This document shows, piece after piece, positions 1 through 8,110 of a stretch of DNA of 64,000 nt. Source of the DNA: Anaerolineales bacterium. GTDB taxonomy: Bacteria; Chloroflexota; Anaerolineae; Anaerolineales; UBA11579. Position numbers and translations under genes: made by a program. Every line of letters begins with the position of its first letter. Within the stretch, counting starts at the first letter, position 1. The stretch covers positions 457 to 64,456 of the forward strand of contig DATDRZ010000132.1 in assembly GCA_035291465.1 (NCBI GenBank), written 5' to 3'. The notes under the pieces are model-generated. The model was not told the DNA's origin and did no database searches. It saw nothing but the letters and a program-made list of their open reading frames with translations.

Positions 1-1
1 T

Positions 2-460
2 GTGTTCGCTTTCGACTATGGCGACACGGCCAAGATGGCGCCCATCGTCAAGATGCATACGCTCGGCCACAGTTTCATTCCCGCGCCGATCCACGCCGGC
101 GGGTTGCGCTATCACGGCATGGCGCCCAGCCTGTGCGCGCTGTATGACGCCGGATACGTTGAAGCCATCGCCGTTCCGCAAGTGGCCACCTTCGACGCAG
201 CAGTCCAGTTCGCCCGCGCCGAAGGTATCGTGCCCGCCCCGGAGTCGGCGCACGCTATCCGCGCCGCGATCGATGAAGCGCTGGACGCCAAGCAGAAAGG
301 CGAGGTGCGCGTGATCCTGTTCAACTTGTCTGGACACGGCCATTTCGATCTGGCCGCCTATGAAGCGTATCTCGGCGGCAAACTCCAAGATTTCGCGTAC
401 CCCGCGGAACAGGTAAAAGCTGCACAGGGAGATTTGCCGCAAGTTAAAGTTCCTGCATGA
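2..460 (+). CDS. TrpB-like PLP-dependent enzyme (tryptophan synthase beta-chain-like, TrpB2 type), C-terminal part; the 5' end lies outside the window
   Basis: The ORF is open from the window edge. The translation (...HTLGHSFIPAPIHAGGLRYHGMAPSL...NLSGHGHFDL...) matches the conserved C-terminal half of TrpB2-type homologues. Confidence 0.85.
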   Translation: MFAFDYGDTAKMAPIVKMHTLGHSFIPAPIHAGGLRYHGMAPSLCALYDAGYVEAIAVPQVATFDAAVQFARAEGIVPAPESAHAIRAAIDEALDAKQKGEVRVILFNLSGHGHFDLAAYEAYLGGKLQDFAYPAEQVKAAQGDLPQVKVPA

Positions 461-571
461 ACCGAGTCGTAGACTAGTCCGTAGTTAGAGCGGACTCGTT
501 TACGCTCTGCTCATGGAGTTTGCGCATTTTGCAAACTCCCGCGTTGCGAAGCAACGCACTCTCCTTTGTAA

Positions 572-600
572 GAAGACGCCCTCCAAGTGAGGGCGTCTTC
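572..600. other. Perfect 12-bp stem-loop (gaagacgccctc / caagt / gagggcgtcttc) with no U-tract on either strand
   Basis: Read directly from the sequence. It follows two smaller hairpins, ggagtttgc..gcaaactcc and gcgttgc..gcaacgc, at about 513-557. Confidence 0.6.
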
Positions 601-601
601 G

Positions 602-901
602 ATTAATACCCTCACCGCTATCAGCGTCCATCCATATTTCTATCGCAGCGAATTGGATGCATTGAACGGCAAGGGGTGCGAAGTATTTCACACGCTGACG
701 CGCAGCCAGCCGGATGGTTGGAAAGGTTAAGCGCGCCGCGTGGACGCGCAGATGCTGGCGGAAGTGGCAGGACTTCTGGGCAAATCCGTTAAGGTACTCA
801 TTTGCGGGCCCACGCCCTTTGTTGAATCGGTAGCCGCCATCCTGGCGGATGCCGGCATCCCGGCGCCGCAGATCAAGACCGAGCACTTTTGGACCGAATG
901 A
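602..901 (+). pseudogene. Remnant of a ferredoxin-reductase-type FAD/NAD(P)-binding oxidoreductase. Only the C-terminal ~100 aa remain, interrupted by an in-frame TAA at 728-730.
   Basis: One frame reads ...ELDALNGKGCEVFHTLTRSQPDGWKG*ARRVDAQMLAEV...KVLICGPTPFVESVAAILADAGIPAPQIKTEHFGPNE*. The xxCGPxxF...G(I/V)...I..E.FGP ending is typical of FNR-like NAD-binding domains. There is no N-terminal FAD domain upstream, where the frame closes at 569. Confidence 0.55.
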
Positions 902-986
902 AAGTTAGGTAATGTTTTGCCTATGTGCAAGTCCTGTTACGGGAAACGAAGGAGCATCTTTTGCTCTTTCGTTTCCCTCTCCCCCT

Positions 987-1024
987 GTCATCCCGAGCGG
1001 AAACAGGTGCAAAAGACGGAATCC
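987..1024 (+). repeat. Single unit of the GTCAT(T/C)C(T/C)GAGCG...GAATCC intergenic repeat family
   Basis: The sequence gtcatcccgagcggaaacaggtgcaaaagacggaatcc shares both end motifs with the units at 3857-4014, 5937-6115, 8663-8718 and 9643-9684. Confidence 0.5.
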
Positions 1025-1160
1025 ACTATGAATTCCATATTACATGTCATCCGCGTGCTGCACGCTTAGTAGCGCCCAGAAGCAGAGCCGCTCAGTACAA
1101 AAAAGGCGCGGTTTCCCCGCCCTTCAAAGTATTATTATCGCACTAGCTCGAGGTGCAATA

Positions 1161-1412
1161 ATGGATAAATTCTTCAACCATCTTTACAGCAAGTTTTTGT
1201 TAAGAGATCTATTGGGAAAGGCATTACCCGGCCTGCTGTTATTGATCGGGGTTTTTTCGGTCTTTTGGCCGCACACAATTTGGCGGGTCCTGTTCAAAAG
1301 AAGGACGAACCTGTTCCCTTATGTGCTTCTCTATGGAGCCAGCGTTGCATTAGGCGGGTTAGCGCGATCTGTAAACCCATGGCGCTTCCTGTGGAAGCGT
1401 TGGCGTATCTAA
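1161..1412 (+). CDS. Hypothetical small membrane protein (about 83 aa)
   Basis: An ATG is preceded by gaggtg at 5-nt spacing. The protein has hydrophobic segments (LPGLLLLIGVFSVFW). The ORF is followed by a terminator-like hairpin. No family was recognised. Confidence 0.4.
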   Translation: MDKFFNHLYSKFLLRDLLGKALPGLLLLIGVFSVFWPHTIWRVLFKRRTNLFPYVLLYGASVALGGLARSVNPWRFLWKRWRI

Positions 1413-1430
1413 AGGCGACCCCATCCCCTA

Positions 1431-1456
1431 CCCCTTCCCCTTACAAGGGGAAGGGG
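1431..1456 (+). terminator. Hairpin ccccttcccc-ttacaa-ggggaagggg followed by atatttct
   Basis: A 10-bp perfect stem was read from the sequence. It lies between the convergent ORFs ending at 1412 (+) and 1502 (-). Confidence 0.45.
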
Positions 1457-1501
1457 ATATTTCTAAGCCAGAAGGAAACACGGAAAGACCGAAGATAAGA
1501 A

Positions 1502-1912
1502 TTACTGGACGCTGAACTCCAGCGAACGATCCAGCTCGTCGTTCAGGTAGAGGTCCACGCGGTAGGAGCCGTTAGGCCAGAGGAATCCCGCTTCGTTGGT
1601 CAGGTCGAAGGTGATGCGGTCGTCGCCGCTTTGAATCGAGGCTTCGGTGATGAAGAGGTTCGGCTCAGTGCCTTCGGCATTCACGGCGAACCATTCGGCG
1701 CGCAGCTCGGTGTCATCGGGGGCATTGGCCAGGTCGACGATGGCGTAGAAGACGGCGTCCGGCGCGTAGGTGGTGGTGGGCGTGTTGCCGTCGGAGTCGG
1801 CGGACATGTAGGCGTTGGCGATGTTGGCGGTGGAGACGCTGAATTCGCAGGCCGAGGCCAACAGGGCCAGGGCGGCGAAGACGGCGATCAAGAGAAAAAT
1901 GCGTTTGTTCAT
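1502..1912 (-). CDS. Secreted lipoprotein, function unknown
   Basis: The start MNKRIFLLIAVFAALALLASAC carries a signal peptide and lipobox. An AGGAG Shine-Dalgarno lies upstream of the ATG at 1912. The longer ORF-track start at 1975 is unlikely. Confidence 0.7.
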   Translation of the reverse strand: MNKRIFLLIAVFAALALLASACEFSVSTANIANAYMSADSDGNTPTTTYAPDAVFYAIVDLANAPDDTELRAEWFAVNAEGTEPNLFITEASIQSGDDRITFDLTNEAGFLWPNGSYRVDLYLNDELDRSLEFSVQ

Positions 1913-2037
1913 GAGTCTCCTAGGGGGTTGATTATGGTGAAGGGGGTAGTTTAGTTGAAAAATGGAGGGACGCAAGGGGAGAAATGAAAAAGGAATTTTC
2001 GAATTTCGCTTTTGGATTTGGGTTTGCGAGATACGAA

Positions 2038-2060
2038 AGGGGCGAGAAACCCTCGCCCCT
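2038..2060 (-). terminator. Rho-independent terminator downstream of the 2079..3515 gene
   Basis: On the minus strand, aggggcgag-ggttt-ctcgcccct is followed by ttcgtatct, 19 nt after the stop codon. Confidence 0.6.
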
Positions 2061-2078
2061 TGTGCTCAAGTACTTGTG

Positions 2079-3515
2079 CTATGGATTTGCTTGTTTATGT
2101 ATTTCAAGCTCCCAGGTTTCGCTGCCCGTTGTGCCCATATAACCGCCGAGATCTTTCGTTCCATTGGCCTGGGCGCCGTCCGTCGCGGCGATCTCGATGC
2201 CGAACAGAGAGAACCCCTGATCCTGAAAATCAATTTCAGGTGCTGACTGTGTAAACCCAAACTCTTTAACTGTCATCTCGCATGTTTCCTGAATTGTATT
2301 AGTCGAAGGCAGGCCCTCGAGGTTCAATTGGAACGTAGCTGGTTGACCTGTAGCATCCGATTTGACTGTGCCGGTTACCTTCATCGGAGGGAATATCAAC
2401 GAGGAAAGAGTGGGGTAGCTGCACTGTATTAAAGTTGGTCCCTGATCTCCTCCGTAGGATGCTTCGACTTTTTGAAAAACGCCCTCTCCCACGATGGTGC
2501 CATCCGCATTAGCGCGGAAGGTGATCTGGAACTCGTAACCACTTGTCACCTGTATAGCGCTTTGCTCTACACTTATGCGGTATTTCCCTTCGCCGGTGTA
2601 ATTTTGGATGCATTTTTCCTTGACCAGTTCGTAGGTCTCGATGATCTTGGCGATCTCGGGGCCAAACACCTCCTCTCCCGCCATCAGTGTGGCCTGCCTT
2701 GCCCAGCCCAGCGCCTTGGAAATAATGGCCGGCGCTTTTTCGCAATCCTCGAGTGCGATGGGCAGTTGAGGTGCGATGAACCTGTCGTAAGCCTCGCGCA
2801 AAAACTCGATCATCTTCGCCAGGCCGTTGGGGTCAGGTTCGCCCAGCATTTGAGCCTGGCGCTCAAGGCCCAGCCATTCCTGCACGCCCTGAGTGAAGGC
2901 GTCCTCCGCATTGGAGGGAACGTTCTGCTGCTGCTGGGTTTGGATCTCGGTTGTCGTTCCCTGCGCCGCGGCCGCCCCACTGAAATGCCACACTTCGAGC
3001 GTCAAGATGTTGCCCTCAACGGTAGATGGGTTGAGATAAACCCCCTGGCCGTCCTCGTGATAGCCAAAAGCCACGGTCTCAAAACCTTGCGCAGCAACAG
3101 TATTGGGAGATTCGATGGTGAGCGTGGCCGGTTGGAACAGCCGCAATCCTTCCGGCGCCATCTGCACCCCGCCGACCAGGCCGCCGCTGAACGGCAGACC
3201 CTCTATGCCGGAAAGCGGCGTCAGGGTGATGGTTACATCGCTTTGCAACGCGCCTTCAGGAAAGGTGAGGGTGAACTGGGTGCCATCCGCGGCCTGGGCA
3301 GAGAGCGATCCGCCTGCCGTGGAGATCATTGCGCTGGCGGCGAGGTCAGAGTCTGCAGTCACCTTCACGTTAAGCGGATTCGCCTCGCGGGTGACAGGCG
3401 GCTGCGTGGGCGCGGACGTCGCATTTTGTGTTTCAGGATCGGATGCAGGGGCGGGATTGCCGCACGCGCTGAGGAGCACAATAATCAATACAAATGGGAC
3501 CCAATAAGATTTCAT
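2079..3515 (-). CDS. Secreted lipoprotein, function unknown (478 aa)
   Basis: The N-terminus MKSYWVPFVLIIVLLSACGNPAP has a lipobox. The overlapping antisense ORF at 2472..3629 is Arg/Gly-rich and looks like nonsense. Confidence 0.75.
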   Translation of the reverse strand: MKSYWVPFVLIIVLLSACGNPAPASDPETQNATSAPTQPPVTREANPLNVKVTADSDLAASAMISTAGGSLSAQAADGTQFTLTFPEGALQSDVTITLTPLSGIEGLPFSGGLVGGVQMAPEGLRLFQPATLTIESPNTVAAQGFETVAFGYHEDGQGVYLNPSTVEGNILTLEVWHFSGAAAAQGTTTEIQTQQQQNVPSNAEDAFTQGVQEWLGLERQAQMLGEPDPNGLAKMIEFLREAYDRFIAPQLPIALEDCEKAPAIISKALGWARQATLMAGEEVFGPEIAKIIETYELVKEKCIQNYTGEGKYRISVEQSAIQVTSGYEFQITFRANADGTIVGEGVFQKVEASYGGDQGPTLIQCSYPTLSSLIFPPMKVTGTVKSDATGQPATFQLNLEGLPSTNTIQETCEMTVKEFGFTQSAPEIDFQDQGFSLFGIEIAATDGAQANGTKDLGGYMGTTGSETWELEIHKQANP

Positions 3516-3856
3516 TTTCGACCTTTCGAGTGTCCTTGCTGCCCCGATCTCATGGAGTCCGGATGTTTACCCCAGGAAGGACAAAAACTTGGTGGAGCAG
3601 ATCAGTGGAAACAATGGATCAACGAATAAATTGTAGGACTGGGCAGGGCACCACAAAGGGACAAATGACCCCGATAAGGACGGGATGGCGAAGAGTAAAA
3701 ATCGGCAATAAGTGACTTATGCACTCATTGTTGAAAAAGGCACAGGTCAATATGAAGCAAAAGAAGTTATGTGGGCCAGTGAGGATTCAGGGCGAGGAAA
3801 CCTCGCCCCTACCAATGGCACCTTGGGTAAGGCGGGATCTTCCCGCCCATCAATGG

Positions 3857-4014
3857 CCATGCTGAGCGCAAGCGAAGCATCCAATATAACGATGGTTAAG
3901 CAAGAATGGACATCTGGTGAAGAAATGGTTCGGATGGATTCACATTCGCTTCGCTCAGGGCATGCTTTGCGGGCGTCACAGATGGCTTCGCTCGCCTTAC
4001 TGGCTCAGAATGGC
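3857..4014. repeat. Cluster of three units of the CTGAGCG...GAAGCATCC palindromic repeat family (one forward, two inverted)
   Basis: The units are 3857-3882 ccatgctgagcgcaagcgaagcatcc; 3936-3965 ggattcacattcgcttcgctcagggcatgc (inverted); and 3981-4014 gatggcttcgctcgccttactggctcagaatggc (inverted). Confidence 0.65.
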
Positions 4015-4054
4015 AAAGCGAGACTTGATAAAGGGAATAAGAAATGAAGAACAG

Positions 4055-5881
4055 CTACGACGTGCGCGTTTCTTCTGCCAATTTACGCGACTCCTCGATA
4101 TACGCGAGGCTTTGATGTCTGAAATAGGTGTTGTACAGCGTGGCGTAGTGACCGCCCTGCGCCAGCAGGCCGTCGTGGTCCCCCTCTTCGATGATCTGAC
4201 CCTGGCGCAGCACGATGATGCGATCGGCGGCCTTGATGGTGGAAAGACGGTGAGCGATGAGGATGCTGGTGCTCTCACGGAGGATGAGGTTTACCGCCTG
4301 CTGGATCTGCCACTCAGTGAAAGGGTCGATGGAGGCTGTGGCTTCGTCGAGGATGAAGATGGCCGGCTTCTGCACCAGCACGCGCAGCAGCGAAACCAGT
4401 TGGCGCTGCCCCATGGAGAGGCGCCCGCCGCGCTCACCCACTTCGGTGGCGAGGCCCTGCGGAAGAGTCTCCAGCCATTCGCCGTCGCCAATGCGCTTGG
4501 CCAGCGCTTCGATGTCGGCGTTGCTGGCGCCTGGCTCGGCATAACGGATGTTCTCGGCGACGGTGCCGTCAAAAAGGAATGGCAATTGCGAAACGATGCC
4601 CAGCTGCCGGCGATACTGGGCAAGGTTGAAGGTGCGGATGTCGACCCCATCGATCAACAGGCGCCCCTCCTGGAATTCGTAGAAGCGCGCTACCAGCTTG
4701 GCGATGGAGGATTTGCCGGCGCCGGTGTGGCCGACCAGGGCGACGTTCTCGCCCGGGCGGACGTGAAGATTGAAATCGCGCAGCACCGGCTGGCGCTCGG
4801 TGTATCGAAAACTGAAATGCTCGAACTGTATCTCGCCGCGCAGGCGCGGCACGTCATCCTTGGCAATCTGGATCACTTTGGGCTCCGCGTCGATAAGCGC
4901 AAAGGATCGTTCGGCGGCGGAAAGCCCGGATTGCAATTGCGTCCAGAAGGCGGAGAGGTTGAGCACCGGGAACCAGAAGCGATCGAGGCTCTGCAGGAAC
5001 AGATACCAGGCGCCGGCGGTGATCACTCCTCCGGCGACGTTGACGCCGCCGACGTAAAGCAGGACGGCGGTGCCCACCGCGGCCAGCGCGTTAAGCGAGG
5101 GGAACACCATGGTGACCACGAAGCCGCGGCGCAGGTTTACTTGATACGCGCTGTGGTTTGCGGATTCGAACTCATCGAAAATGGTCTGCTCCTGGCGGAA
5201 ATTTTTGGCCACGGCGATACCGCTGATGGTTTCCTTGATGGCGGCATTTACATTGCCCATGGCACGCATGCCGCGCTTGGTGGTGCGGCGGGCGGCTTCA
5301 CGGAAGGCGCCAGCCATCAGATAGGTGATGGGAAGGAACCCAAAAAGATACAGCGAAAGGGTGCCGCTGACGGCGATCAGGAAGCCGCCCAGGATCAGGG
5401 CCTGGCCGAACTGCGCAATGAGATCGCTGATGAGCACGATCATGTCGCCGAACTCACGCGTGTCGGAGGTGATGCGCGAGACCACCTTGGCGGAAGGATT
5501 CTCGTCGTAGAAGGAAAGGTCGTGGGAGGTAGCGGCGCGGAAGCCAGACACGCGGATGGCCATGATCACGTCGCCCACCGTGCGGGCTGTGATGCGGCGT
5601 TGCCACCAGTTCGCCGCCCAGGTGAGGAAACCCGAGGCGAACACCGCCGCGGTCACCAGGAAGATTTGGGAAATCTCCAATCGAGCGCCCAGCGCGTCCA
5701 GGGCGCGGGAAAGAATCACGGGCACCGCGGCGCCCAGCAGGGAATGGAGCAGCGCTAGCAAACCGATGCCCAGCATGGCGCGGGCGTGAGGCTTGAAGAA
5801 TTGCGCCATACGGCCAAGCAGTTGGCGATCGCTGTATTGGCGATCGTAGGGTTCGGCGTCGAGTCCGGAGAAGAAGCCCAT
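4055..5881 (-). CDS. ABC exporter, fused permease/ATPase (MsbA/MdlB-like half transporter)
   Basis: The protein has an N-terminal six-helix TMD. It carries Walker A GHTGAGKSS, signature LSMGQRQL and Walker B ILDEATASID. Confidence 0.95.
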   Translation of the reverse strand: MGFFSGLDAEPYDRQYSDRQLLGRMAQFFKPHARAMLGIGLLALLHSLLGAAVPVILSRALDALGARLEISQIFLVTAAVFASGFLTWAANWWQRRITARTVGDVIMAIRVSGFRAATSHDLSFYDENPSAKVVSRITSDTREFGDMIVLISDLIAQFGQALILGGFLIAVSGTLSLYLFGFLPITYLMAGAFREAARRTTKRGMRAMGNVNAAIKETISGIAVAKNFRQEQTIFDEFESANHSAYQVNLRRGFVVTMVFPSLNALAAVGTAVLLYVGGVNVAGGVITAGAWYLFLQSLDRFWFPVLNLSAFWTQLQSGLSAAERSFALIDAEPKVIQIAKDDVPRLRGEIQFEHFSFRYTERQPVLRDFNLHVRPGENVALVGHTGAGKSSIAKLVARFYEFQEGRLLIDGVDIRTFNLAQYRRQLGIVSQLPFLFDGTVAENIRYAEPGASNADIEALAKRIGDGEWLETLPQGLATEVGERGGRLSMGQRQLVSLLRVLVQKPAIFILDEATASIDPFTEWQIQQAVNLILRESTSILIAHRLSTIKAADRIIVLRQGQIIEEGDHDGLLAQGGHYATLYNTYFRHQSLAYIEESRKLAEETRTS

Positions 5882-5887
5882 AAGTTA

Positions 5888-5920
5888 AAGGATGAAGGAT
5901 GAGAGATGAGGGATGAAGGA
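5888..5920. repeat. Purine-rich heptamer tandem tract (aaggatg aaggatg agagatg agggatg aagga)
   Basis: The period-7 repeat was read directly. It abuts the start codon at 5881 of the downstream ABC gene. Confidence 0.7.
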
Positions 5921-5936
5921 AAAGACAAAACCCAAT

Positions 5937-6115
5937 GTCATTCTGAGGGAGCAAGGGAGGCGAAGCCAACCGAACGAACCGAAGAATCCGTCCGCAACTC
6001 GAACTGCAAAACTAGCTTGATTGGCAAATTTTGGATCGGGTGGATTCTTCGCTGGCGCACGGCTGCCTAGCGGCCGCCATAGCTCCCGAATAAAGCATTC
6101 GGGGCTCAGAATGAC
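5937..6115. mobile_element. 179-bp MITE/REP-like palindromic element with nested perfect inverted repeats
   Basis: The outer repeats gtcattctgag (5937-5947) and ctcagaatgac (6105-6115) match perfectly. So do the inner repeats gaagaatcc (5981-5989) and ggattcttc (6042-6050). The element has no coding capacity and sits between the two ABC exporter genes. Confidence 0.6.
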
Positions 6116-6129
6116 AGATAACAAAGACT

Positions 6130-7905
6130 TCATTCCTGGAAAATCCTTTGGTAGGCGCGCGAGGTCTTCAACAAATCTTCGTGGGATCCGGAAGCCACCA
6201 GCTTGCCTTTGCGCAATACGAGGATCAGGTCTGCCCAGCGGATCTGCGAGAGGCGGTGGGTGATGATCAGCGTGGTGCGACCCTGCGCCGCAGCGTAAAT
6301 AGCGCGCTGGATGAGATCCTCGGTGGCGGAGTCGATGGCCGAAGTGGAATCGTCCAGGATGAGGATGCGCGGATCGGTGAGGAAGGCGCGGGCGAGAGCC
6401 AGGCGCTGGCGCTGCCCGCCCGAGAGCGTGACGCCGCGCTCGCCAACCACGGTTTGGTAACCGTCCTTGAACTCCATGATGAATTCGTGGGCTTGGGCCT
6501 GCTTGGCGGCGTGCTCGATCTGCTCTTGCGTGGCGCCGGGCAACCCGAAGGCGATGTTCTCGGAAACGGTGCGCGAAAAGAGGAAGATGTCTTGCTCGAT
6601 GATGGAAATCTGGCGGCGCAGCGCTTCGAGATTCCAGTCGCGTACGTCGACGCCATCGACGAAAACGTGACCACCGGTGACATCGTAGGTGCGGTTGACC
6701 AGCTTGGCCAGCGAGGTCTTGCCGGTACCGGTCTGCCCTACGATGGCGACGGTCTGGCCGGGCGCGATGTTGAAGGAGACGTTGGTGAGCGCGGGCTCAT
6801 CGGTGTCGTAGGCAAAGGTGACATCGCGGAACTCAATGGCGCCCTTCATCTCGGCATTGCTGCCGGCGACGTTCTGGTCGAGGTCGGTTTCGCGGTTGAT
6901 CAGTTCCAGGATGCGGCGGGCGGAGGCGAAGCCCAGCGAAACCTGTGAATAAGCGAACAGCGAAGTGAACGTGGGGAAACCGAAAAGGGCCAACAGGCCG
7001 TAGTAGGCGATCACCTGGCCGATAACCAGATCTCCGCTTTGAAACAGCAGCAAGGCGTGGAGGAGGCCGCCAGCCTGAGCGATGCCCATCAGCAGCATAG
7101 GCAGAAAGCGCGCTTCGATGTAACCTTCGCGAACGTAGGCATCGCGGAAGCGTTTGGTGTTCCCTTTGAAGAGCTTGATTTCTTCCTTCTCCTGCGCGGC
7201 GCCCTTGACGGTTTCGATCCCATCCAACGCCTCGGACAAGCGCGAGTTGAGCTTGCCAAAGGACGTGCGCAACTCGCGGGTCACCGGCGCCAGTTCGGTG
7301 AGGTACTGCCAGATGGAAAGGAAATAGGCGATGGTGAACAGGGTTGGAGTGAGCATCAGCGCGGGATGGATGGCCAGCGCGGCGAAAATGGGCGTGAACA
7401 GGAACATGGCCGCGCCGATGACCAGGTTGAAGCCGGGGTTGAACATCAGACTGATCTCGCGCACGTCGTTGGTGGCGCGGGCCATGGTGTCGCCCACGGA
7501 CTGCAGCGCGTGGAAGGTCATGCTCTTTCCCAGCAGGCTGGTGTACAAGTCTTCGCGGATGTTGCGCTCGAAGAGTTGACCCAGCCACTCGGCGCTGAAG
7601 TTGCGGGCGAACTGCAGGAAGGAGCGGATGCCCTGGCTGATGATGATCAGCCAGACGAAGCCCCAGAGCAATTCGGTGCGCGGCGGCGATTCAAGAATGG
7701 CTTCGAAGGCGTTGCCGACGGCCAGGGGAACTACTGCGGCCAGGGCGCCGTTGCTGGCCGCGCCGATGAAGAGCATGAGACCCAAAGGCCAATAGCGCCA
7801 CAGATGCGAAAACAGCCAGCGCCCGGGGCTGCGACGGTCGGTGCGGTAACGTTGCGGCAATGTAAATTCCGCCGCGGGTTGGGCCGGCAAAGTGGTGGAC
7901 GTCAT
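6130..7905 (-). CDS. ABC exporter, fused permease/ATPase (partner of the 4055..5881 gene; probable heterodimer)
   Basis: The protein has Walker A GQTGTGKTS, signature LSGGQRQRLALARA and Walker B LILDDSTSAID, with an N-terminal TMD. Confidence 0.95.
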   Translation of the reverse strand: MTSTTLPAQPAAEFTLPQRYRTDRRSPGRWLFSHLWRYWPLGLMLFIGAASNGALAAVVPLAVGNAFEAILESPPRTELLWGFVWLIIISQGIRSFLQFARNFSAEWLGQLFERNIREDLYTSLLGKSMTFHALQSVGDTMARATNDVREISLMFNPGFNLVIGAAMFLFTPIFAALAIHPALMLTPTLFTIAYFLSIWQYLTELAPVTRELRTSFGKLNSRLSEALDGIETVKGAAQEKEEIKLFKGNTKRFRDAYVREGYIEARFLPMLLMGIAQAGGLLHALLLFQSGDLVIGQVIAYYGLLALFGFPTFTSLFAYSQVSLGFASARRILELINRETDLDQNVAGSNAEMKGAIEFRDVTFAYDTDEPALTNVSFNIAPGQTVAIVGQTGTGKTSLAKLVNRTYDVTGGHVFVDGVDVRDWNLEALRRQISIIEQDIFLFSRTVSENIAFGLPGATQEQIEHAAKQAQAHEFIMEFKDGYQTVVGERGVTLSGGQRQRLALARAFLTDPRILILDDSTSAIDSATEDLIQRAIYAAAQGRTTLIITHRLSQIRWADLILVLRKGKLVASGSHEDLLKTSRAYQRIFQE

Positions 7906-8022
7906 TTAGTTCGTTGTGTCTTTTTGGGTTGGCAGCTGCGCTAGCATTCACGCTTTGGCGCTCGCCAGCTCAAGCGTACGCCTTCGGCGTTGGCAACGAG
8001 GGCTAGGATACCACAGGGAAGC

Positions 8023-8101
8023 AAGGATGAGGACGAGGGATGAAAGGAGAATCGGTTATTAGTTATTGGAGATTAGAGACTGGAGACTGGTAATTATTAA
8101 C
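8023..8101. repeat. Heptamer tandem tract: four GGATGA-type units then seven T(A/G)G(A/T)(G/T)A(T/C) units
   Basis: The sequence reads aaggatg aggacga gggatga aaggaga .. cggttat tagttat tggagat tagagac tggagac tggtaat tattaac. It lies between the folA 3' end and the ABC operon 5' end. Confidence 0.75.
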
Positions 8102-8110
8102 CAGCTTTCA

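Noticed and set aside
500-886. 128-aa ORF on the minus strand
   Set aside because: It has no recognisable motifs and lies antisense to the FNR-like remnant, which does show family-typical C-terminal motifs.
2472-3629. 385-aa ORF on the plus strand
   Set aside because: It lies opposite a lipoprotein ORF that has a proper signal peptide and lipobox. Its translation is Arg/Gly-rich and low in complexity.
3712-4047. 111-aa ORF in the long spacer
   Set aside because: Its sequence is largely the translation of the palindromic repeat units (MLSASEAS, HSLRSGHA, SLALLAQNG), and it has no Shine-Dalgarno.
3917-5758. 613-aa ORF on the plus strand
   Set aside because: It is antisense to the ABC exporter gene, which has clear Walker and signature motifs. 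Its translation is Gly/Ala/Arg/Asp-rich with no motifs, a typical shadow ORF in high-GC DNA. The same reasoning applies to 6148..6948 and 7039..7944.
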